DNA of 62,047 nt, the filler included, from Choristocarpus tenellus KU-1152 (lineage: Eukaryota > Protista > Phaeophyceae): assembly GCA_964200185.2 (NCBI GenBank). It is 10 parts of 10 records of this genome, joined end to end, with 100 filler letters (N's around TTAATTAATTAA, not from the genome) between each part and the next. Parts side by side here need not be neighbours in the genome. Positions count along the whole stretch, not along the records: positions 1 to 4,792 come from CAXNAD020013039.1; positions 4,893 to 10,369 come from CAXNAD020010656.1; positions 10,470 to 15,199 come from CAXNAD020013302.1; 7 more parts are not named here. One strand, written 5' to 3'. Below, in pieces: positions 1 to 14,339 of this stretch. A program made the translations under genes and the position numbers. The notes under the pieces are model-generated. The model did not search any database and was not told the origin of the DNA. It saw only the letters and a list, made by a program, of their open reading frames with translations. How positions within the stretch are numbered: position 1 is the stretch's first letter; each line of letters begins with the position of its first letter.

Positions 1-51
1 ACCCGAGCTTCCTCGGGCGTGGGGGGGGGGGAGGGGGGGAGGCACCCCCGC

Positions 52-86
<35 letters not shown>

Positions 87-454
87 GGCATCACCTGAGT
101 CGCAAGAGGTTATACCTAACTTGCTCACACAACAGTTGCGCCTGACTCAAGGACATCTCATCTCTCCCATCGACAAAGCCTCTTATGCAAGCATTTATGG
201 CAGCAGAGAGCACCTGACAAATGTACTGTGCAACAGGATTGGCAAGTGTCAAGACATTATAGTAGTAGAAGTAGTAGTGGTAGTAGTATCAGTTTTTATT
301 ATTAGTGTGTGCATAATCAATCGACACTTTCAATAGGGATGGACTTTTTTCAATAGAGATGGACATTTGCGAAGAGGTGTATTGGTGCAGCATGATTGAG
401 GCTAACGGAGTCTATACAAAGCAACAAGGGTGTGTGCATACCAAACACCAATGG

Positions 455-498
455 GAAAACTAGCACTATCCCATCAGAAAACTAGCACTATCCCATCA
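455..498. repeat. Perfect 22-bp tandem duplication
   Basis: gaaaactagcactatcccatca x2. Confidence 0.85.
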
Positions 499-499
499 A

Positions 500-2050
500 T
501 ACCTGGGCCCTACGGCTTCCCTCCGCCATGGCGAGTCGAGGGTAGGGCAAGAGGGACGCCACCAATGCGAATACACCACCCTCAAGATGCGTCCTAATCC
601 ATGACAGTGCAGAGAGGGTCCATTCACCAGGGAAGGCATCTGTGCCAGAGGACGCGGTCAGGGTCAGGATCACCACTGCTAGAGAGCCAAACTTCTTTCC
701 CAGGGATGACAGTAGAGGGCTCCTGCACGGTTCAGATTGTATAGAGAAGCAATGAACGATGGTAGGGTGGGGGGGGGTGATACTGTTAGCGGATGTGTTG
801 GTCCTATCGTGATGCTTGCCAAAGCAAATAGCCTAGTGTGCAAGATTAAGGAAAGAGGGTGTACAAGTCGGTGCCACACACGGTTGGAGCCAAAGCTTCA
901 ACATAGAGTGGTTCATTGAACTTTCGTTGGAGCGACTGCACAGGGTTTGGGGTTCACCTCGTCGTAAGTCATGAATTATACCTGCCTCGCTACAATACAG
1001 ACAAGCGTGCCAAAGCCCTCGATCAGATATATCAATTGTTTAATGGAAACATAGGGCTTGGATACTTTCCCCTTAGCCTTCTGACATATTTTTCCCTTAG
1101 GTATGCATAGTTGGCACAAGATTTAGAGCAATCGTACTATGGAGGACATGGGAGGCATACAAACACTTGTGAAGACATAGAGACACTTGTCAATCAAATT
1201 GTCAAGTAAAAAAAGTGAGGCTCGACCGACCTAACTACGAAGAAGATACCCAGAAAGAACCCCACAGCCCCAAACATGCGCCCATAAGACATAAGCCACC
1301 GCGCAAAAAAGGCTGAGAGCGAACCCAGGATGGCACCACGGGAGAGTTGCTGAAGGTTGAACAAACGACAGATTGAGGGGAGGAGGGTGTAGATTGTTGG
1401 TTCGAAGTCGGTATTCATGTATCCATCGCTAACTACAGTATGCTGTGATTGCACCTGCTTCAAGATCAATTCCAGTTTTACACACAATTTTAGGGTCGGA
1501 ACCCCTGCCACTCACCAAGGACCTGTCGATGGTCTCCCCTGCCGTCCTCCCCACAGAGACTATGGACGTCACCCCTGCAAAGAAAGTCAAGGTACCATCA
1601 AATGGACCATAAGCCCTCCACAAGAATGCCAGTGAAGTCGCCATGGCAGTTCGTAGGCCAGACTCCACATTGACACGTAGGTCGCTCGCGGCCATAAAGG
1701 TGGGGTCCTGGGTGTGGTCGTTGTTGGCTGATCAATATGTGATTACAGGAGGGGTATTTGAAGTTTTCTTGAAGGGCATATAGAGGTTGGTCAATAGAGT
1801 GGGAACTGAGCGCCATAAATATCTACTTATATGCAGATAAACCATGTCAATAAGGATGCGGAAGGAAGGGATCGCCATCAATAGAAGCAACAGTTGCAGC
1901 CGTTGAACAACTCAAATAGTCGAGGTTTGAGACAGAAGATCGCACCTTTGGTCGAATGACATCTACTCTCTCTTGGAGGCTGGGAGGCGATCCCTCTTCC
2001 ATGTGAATCCTTTCATGCATTCAGAGTCTTGTCTCTACTGCACCTCGAAA
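500..2050 (-). mobile_element. Heavily decayed LTR-retrotransposon pol remnant (Gypsy-like)
   Basis: Ordered weak motifs GVWPTNCHGDF / WYLDF (RT-like), FARWL (RNase H end) and YHPP (integrase-like). Very degenerate. Confidence 0.3.
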
Positions 2051-2146
2051 CTACTCGGGGCTGGACTCTACAACAATGCAATCCAACCCCAAAAAAGCAT
2101 CCAAGTTGAGGCTTCGTGTACAATTGAAAAAGGTATTGGAAAAAAG

Positions 2147-2212
2147 GGTGATGTAAGAACACTACTAATACGTATGTATGGTGATGTAAGAGTACTACGA
2201 ATACGTATGTAT
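2147..2212. repeat. 33-bp tandem duplication
   Basis: ggtgatgtaagaacactactaatacgtatgtat / ggtgatgtaagagtactacgaatacgtatgtat. Confidence 0.8.
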
Positions 2213-4389
2213 ACATACCACCATAATTAACCCAACCACACACCTGAATTCTAATGTACGTCTGTTTTAAGGAGTACTATCCTTTTGATGAAAACACCTG
2301 TTCATTGAACGAATGCCATTGATTCAAACCTCATCGACCCAAGAGTTATTTCCTTAGAAATGTGAGTTCGGTGTGGAATCACTATGGATTGCAATATAAT
2401 AGATAGAATTCAAGTAGTAGGGTAGTTGTTTGGAGAGGTATCTCTTATATTAGCAAGTAGTTATTTCTAGAGAAATCCTAACGATGTTTGTTTGAATTTG
2501 GCTTTTTCTTTGACATATCTACAAAATGTTAGAGGGCATAGTGATATATTGCACACCTCCACCAATGCCACTTTGTACTTGTGCATGTCTTTCTTATCTA
2601 TGGGTATATATATGCCGTGATATGCCGTGAGACGCAAGACCAAGAACGAGATGTTCACACTTCATTGATTGAGGAGTGCTCCAGAAAAAGGGTTAGTAGT
2701 ATCAAATTCGAGGGGAGGTGGGATGGCCAGTGGGTGGGATGCCTGAACCCAAAAATTTGTCGATTGCAATAGTTGGTTACATATAGCAGTTGCTAGTATT
2801 ATCCTAGTATCAGAAGAAGTAGATGCAGCAGTATGTAGTGTCTCTGACCCAGGTTAAAGTTGAACAGCGTTGGTCATAATAACCAGAGATACGTACAACA
2901 AATACACAACACCGTGTTTTTTTGTGATTAGGGAAAGGTTGTCGCGTATCAACCTTTCTTTTCGGGTCATGCAAGCCCACGTAAATGCATAGAGAGAAAT
3001 TAATTAATCATGGTAGGGGAAGATGCTGTTTGGAGTATAGTAAGGTAAGTGTGGCAAGAGGAGAGATTGGACTAGGTGAGGGGGTCGAGGTTTTCTTACA
3101 GGATGGTCATGGTATTATGTTGTGTACTCTGAATTATTATTACCATATTTTGGGTTCATTAGTGTTTATGTTACTGTTTATTTAGTGCTATTTAGCATCT
3201 TCTAGGTTGCTAGTTATCGTAGTTTGTGTTCTTCAGCATAATGTGTGGGTCACATTTTGTGATCTTTGGCATAATGAGTGGGTCATATTATTACAGTCGT
3301 CAATTCAAATAGAACTCGTGGCGCCCATAACTAAGGAACTTTCAGATAGACGTGTAAAAAAGGCCATCGGAAAAAACGTCTGATATCTCGGAATATGTTG
3401 ATGGCTATCTACCCATCTCCAAAAAATATATCCGATCACTTTATCTCACATACTCCAAATCATTAAGCATATAGAGTATTTTTTAGCGCTTACTAACACC
3501 CCCACACATGTTGATATATGATCATCACCTTGAGATATTGAGGTTCTACTACACCAAGCCACCAAGGTGCGTGTTAGGCAAGTGCTGGGGCTGAAACAGT
3601 TCGTCGTGCAGGAGGTCTACAAGGGAATCAATCCCCTTGTTCAAGACATGCCAGTCCATGCAGATGTGTTGTGGGGAAGGGGTGAGGCAGGAAGGGAAAG
3701 GGGCATCACAGCTCGTGCAGGAAGTCATATTTGGTGTGAAATCTGTAAGGAAGCCTTCCCACACACAACACCTGGTATAGGGCGATGCATATAATAGAAA
3801 AAGTGTATGCCTTTTGTGGTTTTATTTATACAGATTGACCGTGACATGGAAGAGGTTACAGCAGACTCAACGGAGCTTTACCCTGGACTGGTAGTTACTC
3901 AAGCTAGTTAGGTCGAAACAGGACGTGGCCCTGCTAAAGTACGTCTAAATCAGGTCTACCTCAATGGAAAATAGGTTTAACCAACCGTTCGTTGTCGATA
4001 TTTTAAATGAAGTTGAAAAACAATGCTAGAAATGTGTACGTCATACTATTGTCATATATTTTTATATTTTGAGTTTTGAGTTTGATATGCACTTTCTCAA
4101 AAATAGTATATATTTTAACACCATTCCGAACAATATGATTCCACTTGATAAAATGTACTGAAGAAGTATTATCGGCCATGATGATGGGCACACTCGCCAA
4201 ATGTTATCCTCCCATAGAGACGAATCAGATAAGAGTAGGGGGTGGTCACCATCAAGTTTCTTGTGAAGGGTATACGACGTATCGACACCTATGCCGACTT
4301 TATCAGTGGGAAATTTAGGTAACTTTCAAAAAATTAACCATACCTTCCCATCACCCTTGCTAAATAACGCCTCTATAAATAACATTCCA

Positions 4390-4792
4390 GAATATATATT
4401 ATTATGCTCTCTGCAGATGTGTCAGGGGAAAAACAAATTAAAACTATACTTATGTGAGTATGAGCCCTCAAGAAATAAAATATCATAAATGTGAAAACAC
4501 TATAAAACACTCTAGTACGTGTGAAAACCTCTAATCTATTAGTTACTTCGCCACTATCAATATTGTACTACTGCCTTCCTGTGCTTCCCGTTTACCTGCT
4601 CCTGCGCCCCGGGGGGGGAGCTAGGGAGGCATCCCAAGAATCCAACAAACCCCTCCGTGCCCATCTCCCTGGTGACTCTAGTTTAAAGTGCATGACACGT
4701 TGAGACAATGCCGCTTGCGTAGTCACCGAAACAATTTGGCGTAGCCGGGATTTAACTACTCATTTCCTGCAATATCCTACCGCTCCTCTCCC
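4390..4792 (-). mobile_element. 3' end of a non-LTR retrotransposon (CRE/RLE-clade-like)
   Basis: Minus strand reads VVKSRLRQIVSVTTQAALSQRVMHFKL, resembling the ISVxxQ C-terminus of CRE-like elements, then a 3' UTR shared with the copies at 14930-15199 and 33595-33891. Confidence 0.6.
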
Positions 4793-4892
4793 NNNNNNNN
4801 NNNNNNNNNNNNNNNNNNNNNNNNNNNNNNNNNNNNTTAATTAATTAANNNNNNNNNNNNNNNNNNNNNNNNNNNNNNNNNNNNNNNNNNNN
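4793..4892. other. Artificial contig spacer N44-TTAATTAATTAA-N44 (stops in all six frames)
   Basis: Identical 100-bp spacers also at 10370-10469, 15200-15299, 20167-20266, 26628-26727, 30122-30221, 33892-33991, 37632-37731 and 52394-52493. Confidence 0.98.
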
Positions 4893-6739
4893 CCCGGATA
4901 CTTTGACCCATGAGTCAGTCTTTGGTCATACGTCAGGTAATAATGGCTGACTAAGACAGGAACAAATAGGATAATTAACGACCAGTAGTGCATGTTCACC
5001 GTGTTACCCACCAGCACCTCATGGTGACGAGTCGTTCCTGCATTTAAGCGTGTTGTCGATGGTGACCTCGTACGCCAGACTCAGAAAGCTCCCTCTACTG
5101 CTGTAACACACACACGCGAAATCTTATATCCGATGTCTAGGTTCTATCGTCATCGTATAGGGTATGAAGGGTATGAAGGCGGATATTAGTTCACCTTTCT
5201 ATTTCGACATGGTCGGAGCGCAATCGCATCACGTACATAAACCAACTCTACAAACATAATACAGGGTTAGGTGAACATTTGTTCACCTTAAAACCAATTT
5301 TTACTATGCTACAAAGGGGGCTCGATCACAAATCGCACAGTGCATGACATAGGATCTAACCCTCATCGCATATATTTTATTGTATAGGACATTTCTCCTA
5401 ACCTTAACCCTGGTTTGTTTTTTACGCAGGGTAACCCGTTTTAGGACTGTTTTCCTCACCCTAACAACTCCTCATTAACCCGCATAAACCTAACCAACGC
5501 TTACACTTTGCCTAAATTTCGATCCACAAGGGTGGATTTCACCTACCTTGCTTTTAATCTTCCAAGACTCTTCCGTAAATTCCACGTCGATACTCCTCGA
5601 AAAAACAGAATCTTGATACAGGCTTGCCGATTACCCTTTCGTAAACTCAAGGATAGCCCTGGTTCATCCCCACCATAACCCTGACCCTGACCCTAACCCC
5701 AACCCCACCTACACGCCCTGTATTCCAAAATTCAATATGCGTCTATCCAAATCTCGTCTCCGTACTATGTTTCACCAGAACCATAATGACTGAAACCAGT
5801 AAGTAAATTGATCAATCTAAACAATTGTCGGGAGGCAGTGTCCAATCAGTCGTGGGGGGTATTCAAAATCACCAATTGTGTCATGGTGGGATGCTACCAG
5901 CAAACCCAAAGCTCTCTCAGTCATCAAATCTTAGGAGAAGTTTTAAGAGAATCCCAGATCCACCAGATGGCGTCACATCTTGGTAATCGTCATCGGTAAG
6001 AAGTCTGAGAATTCTCAAGAGTTCTCTGTATATGATGTTGGTAGAAACGTCACCAATGACAAAGAAATGTGCGCGCAATGCACTTGTGTGTGCGTGCGGA
6101 TGTGTACTTGGACTGAGATCAGCTCCCAAAGAGACCTGTCCGTCACACAATAACCCTAACTGAAACAATGGTGTATTTTTCCATACTTCCTGAACACAAC
6201 GACAAGAGGCTACAACCGTCAACCCTATTTGAATACATTACCCATCCAGTGCATGCGACCAAATCGCTAATAAAATGTGACATGGAAAAATGGGCACCAA
6301 ATGGACAGCCACCACCACCCCCCAAGATACTTTGAGCCTCTCCAGCAAGATTCCCATTTGTTCCTACAGCCTCTATTACAAAAGGCGTTGAGCGGTACCA
6401 ACCATGAAGAACCTAGTGGGCTTTTGTATGGTCGCCTTCATCATTGCTACGTTATGGAGAAGAAAGTATCTGCCCATACACCAAGGCGTTTTGGCGTTGT
6501 CTGAACATCAACACTTTCATTTCTGTTTTCTCCAGGACTTTTAACTGGAGAAAGTGAACTCCACCTTCCTCCAGATTGAAGATCAGGAATCGCTGGAGAA
6601 ACTGCAAGCTCGTCTTTCTCCAGCTATCCTATCAAATTATTCCCTTGAGAAAAAATTGAATCTACCTTTCTCCAGTCTCTTACCTTTCTTTCTTAAATTG
6701 GGTGATCTAAATCTATGAAATCGACCTTTCTTCAGTGCA

Positions 6740-7440
6740 TTTAAAGCGATGTTTGGTTCTTCATTACAAGAATGATAGTAGGGTCTCTCTGGTCAAGAGG
6801 TGCCAAGAGTGAATTCATGACGAGGGCATAGATAGGTTGTCCACTCTTCTCCTCGAAGGCACCACAATGGATGCCGATTGTGGTTTTAAATAAGGTGCTG
6901 GTGGTAAGTTCTACCTCAATGGATGGTGAATGTTCACTTGTGTGGTGATCTGTCTTTCGACACAATTGGTGGTGATAGGAGGATAATGTCGTTAATGTTT
7001 GATCGAGCAGATACACAATGTGGATAAATTACTTAATCAGGTGAACATGTTTTGTTATCGAATCCCCAGAGAGGTGATATAGCCATCCTTGTATGCCTTG
7101 TGAGGGCAGGTTCGTTGATGGTGTTGTTGGCTATCTTCAGCAGTTAGTTATAGAGCGTACAGGTTGTTTACGATGTGTGCTAATAAATGACACTCCAAAA
7201 GTCCAACACAAGACTAAATGTCCAGCTCTTGGGTGGGAGGAGGAATAACAAGGTAATATGTGAAGATGTTTCAATATATTATTAATATTTTGTACTGGTG
7301 AGCTTGAAAGTCTGGCCACAAATTGAAAAGTATTCTTATTCTGGTGTTTGGGGGCTGCACACCAAAGTACTCAGCCTTTATGCTACTGCCCAGGTAGGTG
7401 GGAATGTTAAATGAGGATGCCACCTACTGCGTAGAGAGTG
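6740..7440 (-). mobile_element. Decayed Copia RT C-terminus/RNase H remnant
   Basis: YAVGGIL...FVARLSSSP...ILKHL then PTIILVMKNQ resemble the Copia YxxxVGxL/ARxxxxP and PxxIxxDNQ segments. Confidence 0.3.
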
Positions 7441-7899
7441 CGGATGGGTTGTCGGTGCAGGTTGAGTTTTTTCTCGTGGTCAAGGAACGCAAAAATGTGT
7501 ATCTTACCGGAACACCACTTGTTTAGGACCCTACACACACGCGCTATTGTTTTCTTTCTCCTGCCACTGCTCTACGCCGCTTTAAGTTTGTCTGAAACCC
7601 AACGACTTTTTTCGTGTTGTCTGATTTAATAGCCCCTACATAGATAAGGTACCTAATTCCTTATGTAGGGATGTAGGATATGGGTGAACCATATCCCCAG
7701 TTTTCTTTTGGTCATACATACATAGATCAGATCGCATAATGTATAGAATTAAATCGTTGATTAGTTTGATATATTATTTATCAAGTGTAAGATCTATTCT
7801 TGTAATCGGAGGTATGTAAGAAAAAAATGGAGGAATCTTGTTTGGAGTTAACTCTCTCAATTTGTAGTCAAGTCCGCGAGGAGGGAACTTTCCATTTAG

Positions 7900-9950
7900 C
7901 GCGCCGGGGATGCTTTTTAGAAACATACCCAAACATACTTCTACCCCCTTTCAACTTGATCCAATGACATACCAATTCGTTGTGAACCGGTCATCACAGA
8001 ATTCGTATCTTCTCTTTACCTACTTGCTCGTAGCTCGATCCCTTCAAGCATCCACCTACTCCCTGCATCCCTGGCTTGATCCTTTCTGGTGTGTTCACAG
8101 CAATCCAAAGGTTGACCTCAACTCCAGGTTGCATCAGGTTGTGGTGTACTTGGAGGACGATGCCAAGTAACGCCTATGAACAACAGGTACTGTTGCAGGG
8201 TGCAATGAACAGAATGGATGAGATGGAGTTAGGATTTCCTTATTGCTCTTCATTCCAGCTCCTAGTACTCAGTGCTGCCAACTTGTGAGGCTTATGCGTT
8301 TCCGTATGCACCTCTTGCCGTCTCAACCAATACGGTGTTAGACTTCGTTGTGTTCCCACTGAGTGTTTACTTCGGTTCAATTCCGTGAACTCGCTCCTCT
8401 TATGCATGTCCCAAGCCCCTTCGCTCTCCATCGTGCCCTCTCTTAACGGTCAGGACTGTGAATTGAGGGAGGAGTTACTGACAGAGGCTGAAGACTTGCA
8501 GAGACAGATGAGGGCACCGCAACAGAAGGTGGCGTCAGAGGTCATATCAGAAACACAGAAGCTTGTGAAGCCCCTTGATGACAATGCAGATGTATTGATG
8601 TATCTAAGGAACTGTCGAGAGTACCAGGTAAAGCCCTTCCCTGATCTTAGCACCACCTACAGTGTTACGATGAATTTCAACATAGTCTTCTTTAGATTGC
8701 AAGCGCCAGACGTGATTCTGGCATACGGATCAAAAAAGGGCTTGGCGCAGACTTGCACTTGCGGAGGAGATAAAATGCTTGAATTCACCAAGAAAAAATC
8801 TGTTTTGTCCTTCGAATGATCAAGTTTGCCCTATGTGCTTCGCTTGATGAAGGATTAATGATGAAGTGATGTATTTGCATCTGCAGTAATCGAGAGAGAG
8901 AAGGGGATAGAGCATCATCATTGCTTAAACCTTGTTTCATTCATGGTGCTTCTCACCTACAGGGAATAATGTTGAGCTACAACCATTGAAGGTTGATTAC
9001 CTTGCTATATCTGTCGACCTATGCTGGCTGAACATGCTGGGGGCAGGTGCCGGTGGACCCAAGTGTGGTGATATCACTCAAGACAGAGTGGAGTATAATG
9101 CAGCCGACCAAGGCTTTCTGTGAAGGATCCATGCTGCCTCTGGCTGGCGTCCTTGAGAACAACAAGCACATCAAGTGAGTGGTATTTTTTCCACGAATAG
9201 AGCTCTCTGGATAAGAGAGGTGATATAAGAGGGATGATGATACTTGCATACACTGTGTGTTTGCTGTGTCCCCTTATAATAATTAATGTATAAGAGTGCC
9301 TTCACTTGTAGATGGTGACACCAATAAGGAGGTTGTACTTTGGTCATTTCTTCTCTCCCCCAAACAGTACACTTTCCCCCATTATATGCTGTGGAAGGCG
9401 GCCAAGGGACTGCTCCAGCAACATGAATACACACACATATAGATACACTTTGTGGTCCATGAATGCACAGATACACATGCTATTCTCTTGCTGACAGGGG
9501 AGACCAGGGATGTTCAAAGCTCACAGAACTTGTAGTTAGCAAACATATGCAGGAGATTGTAGATGGAACCTTGCCTTTTGTCAACGAAAACCCCGCCTGA
9601 TACATTTCTCCACAACGTGAACCATTGAAAGATGTGCAAGTCAGTCGAAGTTGAAGGGTAGGAGAAGACAGAGGAGAGCAGTGAATTTTAGAATCACAGT
9701 TGTTGTGCTTCCCCAACAAACGGCCACAATGGCTCGCCTGTCATCAAGAGCTCTTCAACTGCAATTGTGCTGAAATCAAAAAAAGCCCTATGTGAATGAG
9801 CAGTGTCCACTTGGATTATAGTCCCCCTTGTACCTTGGCATTCCCCTGAGTTATGTTGCTCTCACAGAGCACTTCCTTCAGTAGGGTTTGATCTGCATGG
9901 AAGAGAATGAACCTGTTCTATGATTGTAATGACTCTTGCTCAAGAGTTGA
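7900..9950 (-). mobile_element. Heavily decayed LINE-like reverse transcriptase remnant
   Basis: Correctly ordered degenerate RT motifs: FFDFS (~9775), SPLSxPTLxNF (~9645-9680), FANY for FADD (~9535). Many stops. Confidence 0.35.
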
Positions 9951-10267
9951 TAGGATCAGGGGTTGGTTGTTGACGCACCAACTACCCACTTTGCAAACGG
10001 GCCTTAATTTTATTCTACCATGCACCCCATGCTATCGTCCCCCATGCTACAGATCTCTCGCCTCCCACGTAATTGCACTTATCACAACCCCCCCCCCTCC
10101 CTACCCAGCTGCTCCATCCAGCGCTATTATTATATTGTTTGATACTACCAATGGTACTCGGATTGTATGTGTATCAGCAGACAACAAGCGAAGGATGGGT
10201 GTATTCTCTTCCTCAAGTGTAAGAAGGGCATATGCCGCTACCGCACTGAATTGTTAATATTGAAACT

Positions 10268-10299
<32 letters not shown>

Positions 10300-13200
10300 A
10301 AAAACCCAAAATATTTTCCTCTTTTTGGTGTGGATTGGGAGGGCGTGGGGGGGGGGGAGGGGGGGGAAGNNNNNNNNNNNNNNNNNNNNNNNNNNNNNNN
10401 NNNNNNNNNNNNNTTAATTAATTAANNNNNNNNNNNNNNNNNNNNNNNNNNNNNNNNNNNNNNNNNNNNTGTAGACTCCCCCCCCCCCCTCAGATACTTT
10501 AGGTCTGACCAAGACAGTCAAAATGAAACGTTAGTGAAGACGACTTCGATTTATTTTCAATTTTGGTGGAAGTGATACCAAAACGTTCAAAATTATATTT
10601 GAAGTTTACGTTTTCTATATGACGACATCTCACCTCGGTCAGGAACAAAATGATGAGATTACTGCTTGACTCGATCAGCAGTATATCGTCCATTGACTGC
10701 CCACAGGAAAAGAAAAAGACATCAAGGGTAACGTAATTGGAGAACAATCGAAGTAAAGCGGCGAAGTTTTCACTCTAAGAGAACCGATCAAAACTTTAGT
10801 CCACTACTGGACTGGCATTATCGTCATACAAGAATCCTGCATTCCATCTGTGCCTTAGGATTGCAACTACTGGCTCATAGAAGATGTATTTCACATTCTC
10901 CCCACATAATCTACTTGCAACAGCAGCCAATCTCGAATTTGACTTACATGCCTTATCCACCTTGTTAAAACTAAAGTCAATGAAGCTCTGGTCAGCTCCA
11001 CCAGCATGATTCCAGATGTGTGAAATTGGTTTTGACGCATTACCCTATGGTAGGCCTCAGCTGAATGCTTGACTATCCAGAGTGATCGCAAACGCAACAT
11101 AACCAGTTTGATGGAGAGGTATAGCAGAGACAGCATCTGGTAATAGAGTGAAAAGGAGACACGTGGATACATGTACATTACTTGTGCATCATTACATTCA
11201 GTTGTTCATAAAGAGGCAATAACACCCAAGGATGAAATTGATGACATCAGATACCTCCTGGTACTATTGCCCAGGTGGTCATATCCTCCCACCAAAACGT
11301 CACGGATTGTACAACTTGCACACTACCCACTCAAATACAGAGAGTAGGAGACGTATAAAAAAGCACCAAAGACATTATGTTGTCATGCATCATGAACCTT
11401 CTAAACAACAATGTGGTGAATGTATGATGTCTGCCCGGTGCATTCTTTTTAAACAACAAAAACAGAAAACGTGTGTCTTGAACAGCATTCCCTGATAATT
11501 GCTGTATTGTGCACTTTTGGTGGCTTTGATACTTTTCAACAGCTATTAATCAGGTATCCCTTAGTTGACTCTCCACAACTTATAGTGCAAGGATGAAGTC
11601 AAGCCCATACTCTTGCTGTCAACGTTCCGATTGTACAGCACACTCCTCCTGACGTGCGTAGTACATGTCCATCCCGAGGTCATGCTGTTTTTCATACTAT
11701 TGATAGTTCTCTATAGTATTCTTTTTGTTATGTACTCAAATCATAGTATATGCACTCAGACACGTTGGAGGTATATTGAACGTTCAAAATGACATAATTT
11801 GGAAGTATGCCCTCGTGCTTTGTGGAAAAAGGTTCTTGTGGCAAACTGAAGATTGTGACGTTGACTCAACTTGAAGTCCGAAGGCATCACTACTACTAAA
11901 TGTAAAAACCCTTGACAATCCTTTCAGAAGACCACCGTGACGCGGAATTACTTTTTTGTTAGGTAGTTCCTATATTATGATGATGAAACACAGGGATTGT
12001 GTGCTTCAAGAATGTCCTTGACTAATTGATGATCATATCCCTGTACAAGGGGCAAAAAAATATCACCACCCACCTGTATTGCCTCTACAGCAAGGCCAGC
12101 ACTTGAAACTGAAAGCATCCCACTTTCTTGTTCTGTGTAAAGATGCGACCACATTCCGGTACATGACCCCTGATAACCAGTTGAGGTGGAATAGTTGACA
12201 TTGACGTAAAGGAAAAATGCATCATGCAGGCAGTAACATAAAGACCTCGGGAAGGGTGTTGTAACTGGGGAACTATGGTGAAGGTGTTAGAGGGAGTGAA
12301 GACACCTTGCGGAGCATGAAATGTGCTCGCACACAAGGAATGACAACCCTACTTCAGACCGTGGTAGGTAGTCCCTCCATATATTTGTATACCCCTCCAC
12401 ATTTGCAGCATGTGCTGCATCACAGGGCATTTAGAGAAAAAGCTACGGGATTCAATCATTGCACAGATGATATGCAGGATTTGCCATGACAGATATCACT
12501 CAGCATATTCAAGGCACCCGTACACTACTTAGTCGAATAATTATCACGTCGTCTTGGAGATTTTGCGGCCTGAGGCTTGCGGTAAGAACAGTGAAATATA
12601 ACATGCCACAACATCATCTCCCAAGGCATTTTTGAAAAATAAGTGCTTGCTGTGTGGATGATATGCTCACTCGCTAAGGGTATGCAGTGCAAAACCCGTG
12701 CAGTATCCATCCTGCCATCAAGGGCCCATATATATGTCACACCTCACTGTTCACAGAAACCATCGCCAAGTGGACCACGAAATATGCACCACGGGCAGGG
12801 AAGAGGACGTACGCTATGAGCTTGTTGATGCACACGATAGCTTGCTCCAGACATGACGTTCTCCGAACGTTCGAGTCAAAGATGACATCGAGCTTCTCCA
12901 GAAGAAAGAGGATCAAGAAAGAGCAACGAAGTACGGAAAGCACTGCCATGCCTGTCTGATATAGTTGACAAGACGTATGTGTCTTCGGGACGAAGTCCAT
13001 CATAAAGTTTAGTGTCGACCCAAGACCGACCGAGAGATTCAACACGAACAGCACTACATGTAGTGTCCTGTGAATGGAGATCATCGCGCGACAGAAATAG
13101 TCTCGGTTGACATGCATGGTGTGTGTGTGCTGCATTGTGATCAGTTATGACTAAACAGACGTGTTTGGTTGTTGGGTTCTCTTTACTTCATCACTGGTTG

Positions 13201-14339
13201 TTTCGTGGACCATGCACAAAGTATTGGTATGAGTACAACTCCAAAGAAGAGGTCCTCCTCGTGGCTCACCTAAACTGTGGCATATGTGCTACACTCGCCA
13301 CACCAACCACGGCCACACAGCTATCGTTCGATTCTTGTCTATGTGGTGCAACCTTCATTCCTCTAACCAACACCCTGTTGGAGGTGTATGTAGTCCACAT
13401 GGTCCTACACGCAACCACCAATCGAAGCATCAGCACCAAATGTATGCATGTCAGAGCCACATTCACCATTGTCACCAATGATGGTCAACTGAAGGGTGTC
13501 TTGTACGTGTTTTAATATAGTCCTCCTGCTAAGCGATAAAGGGTCGACAATTAATGCAAACAGAACACAAGAAATTAATTAGCCGTTGGTAGAAGAAACA
13601 CTTTAAGTGGTGCACCGTCGCTAGAGAGAGGTTTGAGGTTTGCAGGAGAGACTGAGGAAGGTGGATGTCAGTAAAGATTCGTTCTTCTATATGTCGAAGT
13701 ACTAATTTATCATATTTCAGCTGTTGTTCTAGAAGCAATCGCATCCAGTCATACGTAGTCTACGGACTACCTGACCATAAGTATTGTAGGAGCTACCATC
13801 TTTGCACAGGATTTCCACCTTGTCCTAGATTGAAGCGTAAATCCATTGTAACCTAAACGATCGACAACTTCCTAAAGTGCCTTGAAATGAAAACAACAGA
13901 ACTAGAACACAACATATATATGAATACAAGGATATTGGTTGGGTGTTTGCTCAATACAGGTATAGATTGGTGTTCCACTTTCATTTATTCTCTTCGTATG
14001 GCACGTTGTAGAAATGGGAACAATAACCTGAATCAGAAACGTATCCATCAAAAAAGATACCTCCCCAATAATGAGAATCGAACAAAAATATATACTTCTT
14101 AATACAACCAACTAATGTGATTTGGAGTATGGAGAACGAGGTATATTACTATATACTACTAAATATGTAAACATCATCACACACTAACTTCTGACTTACA
14201 CATCAACTACTCTGGAAATTTCCTGGGTTTTATTCTTTTGCAGGTTCTTCTCTGTGTTGAGGAAATATATATTTATAAGGTGGTACAGTTAGTTTCACCC
14301 TCTGCGCCAATATAGAGCATATTTTTCACTATATCGCGG

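Noticed and set aside
8385-8819. 144-codon plus-strand ORF
   Set aside because: No recognisable domain or splice context; lies antisense within a probable decayed LINE.
12085-12336. LVIRGHVPECGR as a decayed Walker A of a viral D5-type helicase
   Set aside because: Too short and degenerate; no accompanying Walker B or other motifs found.
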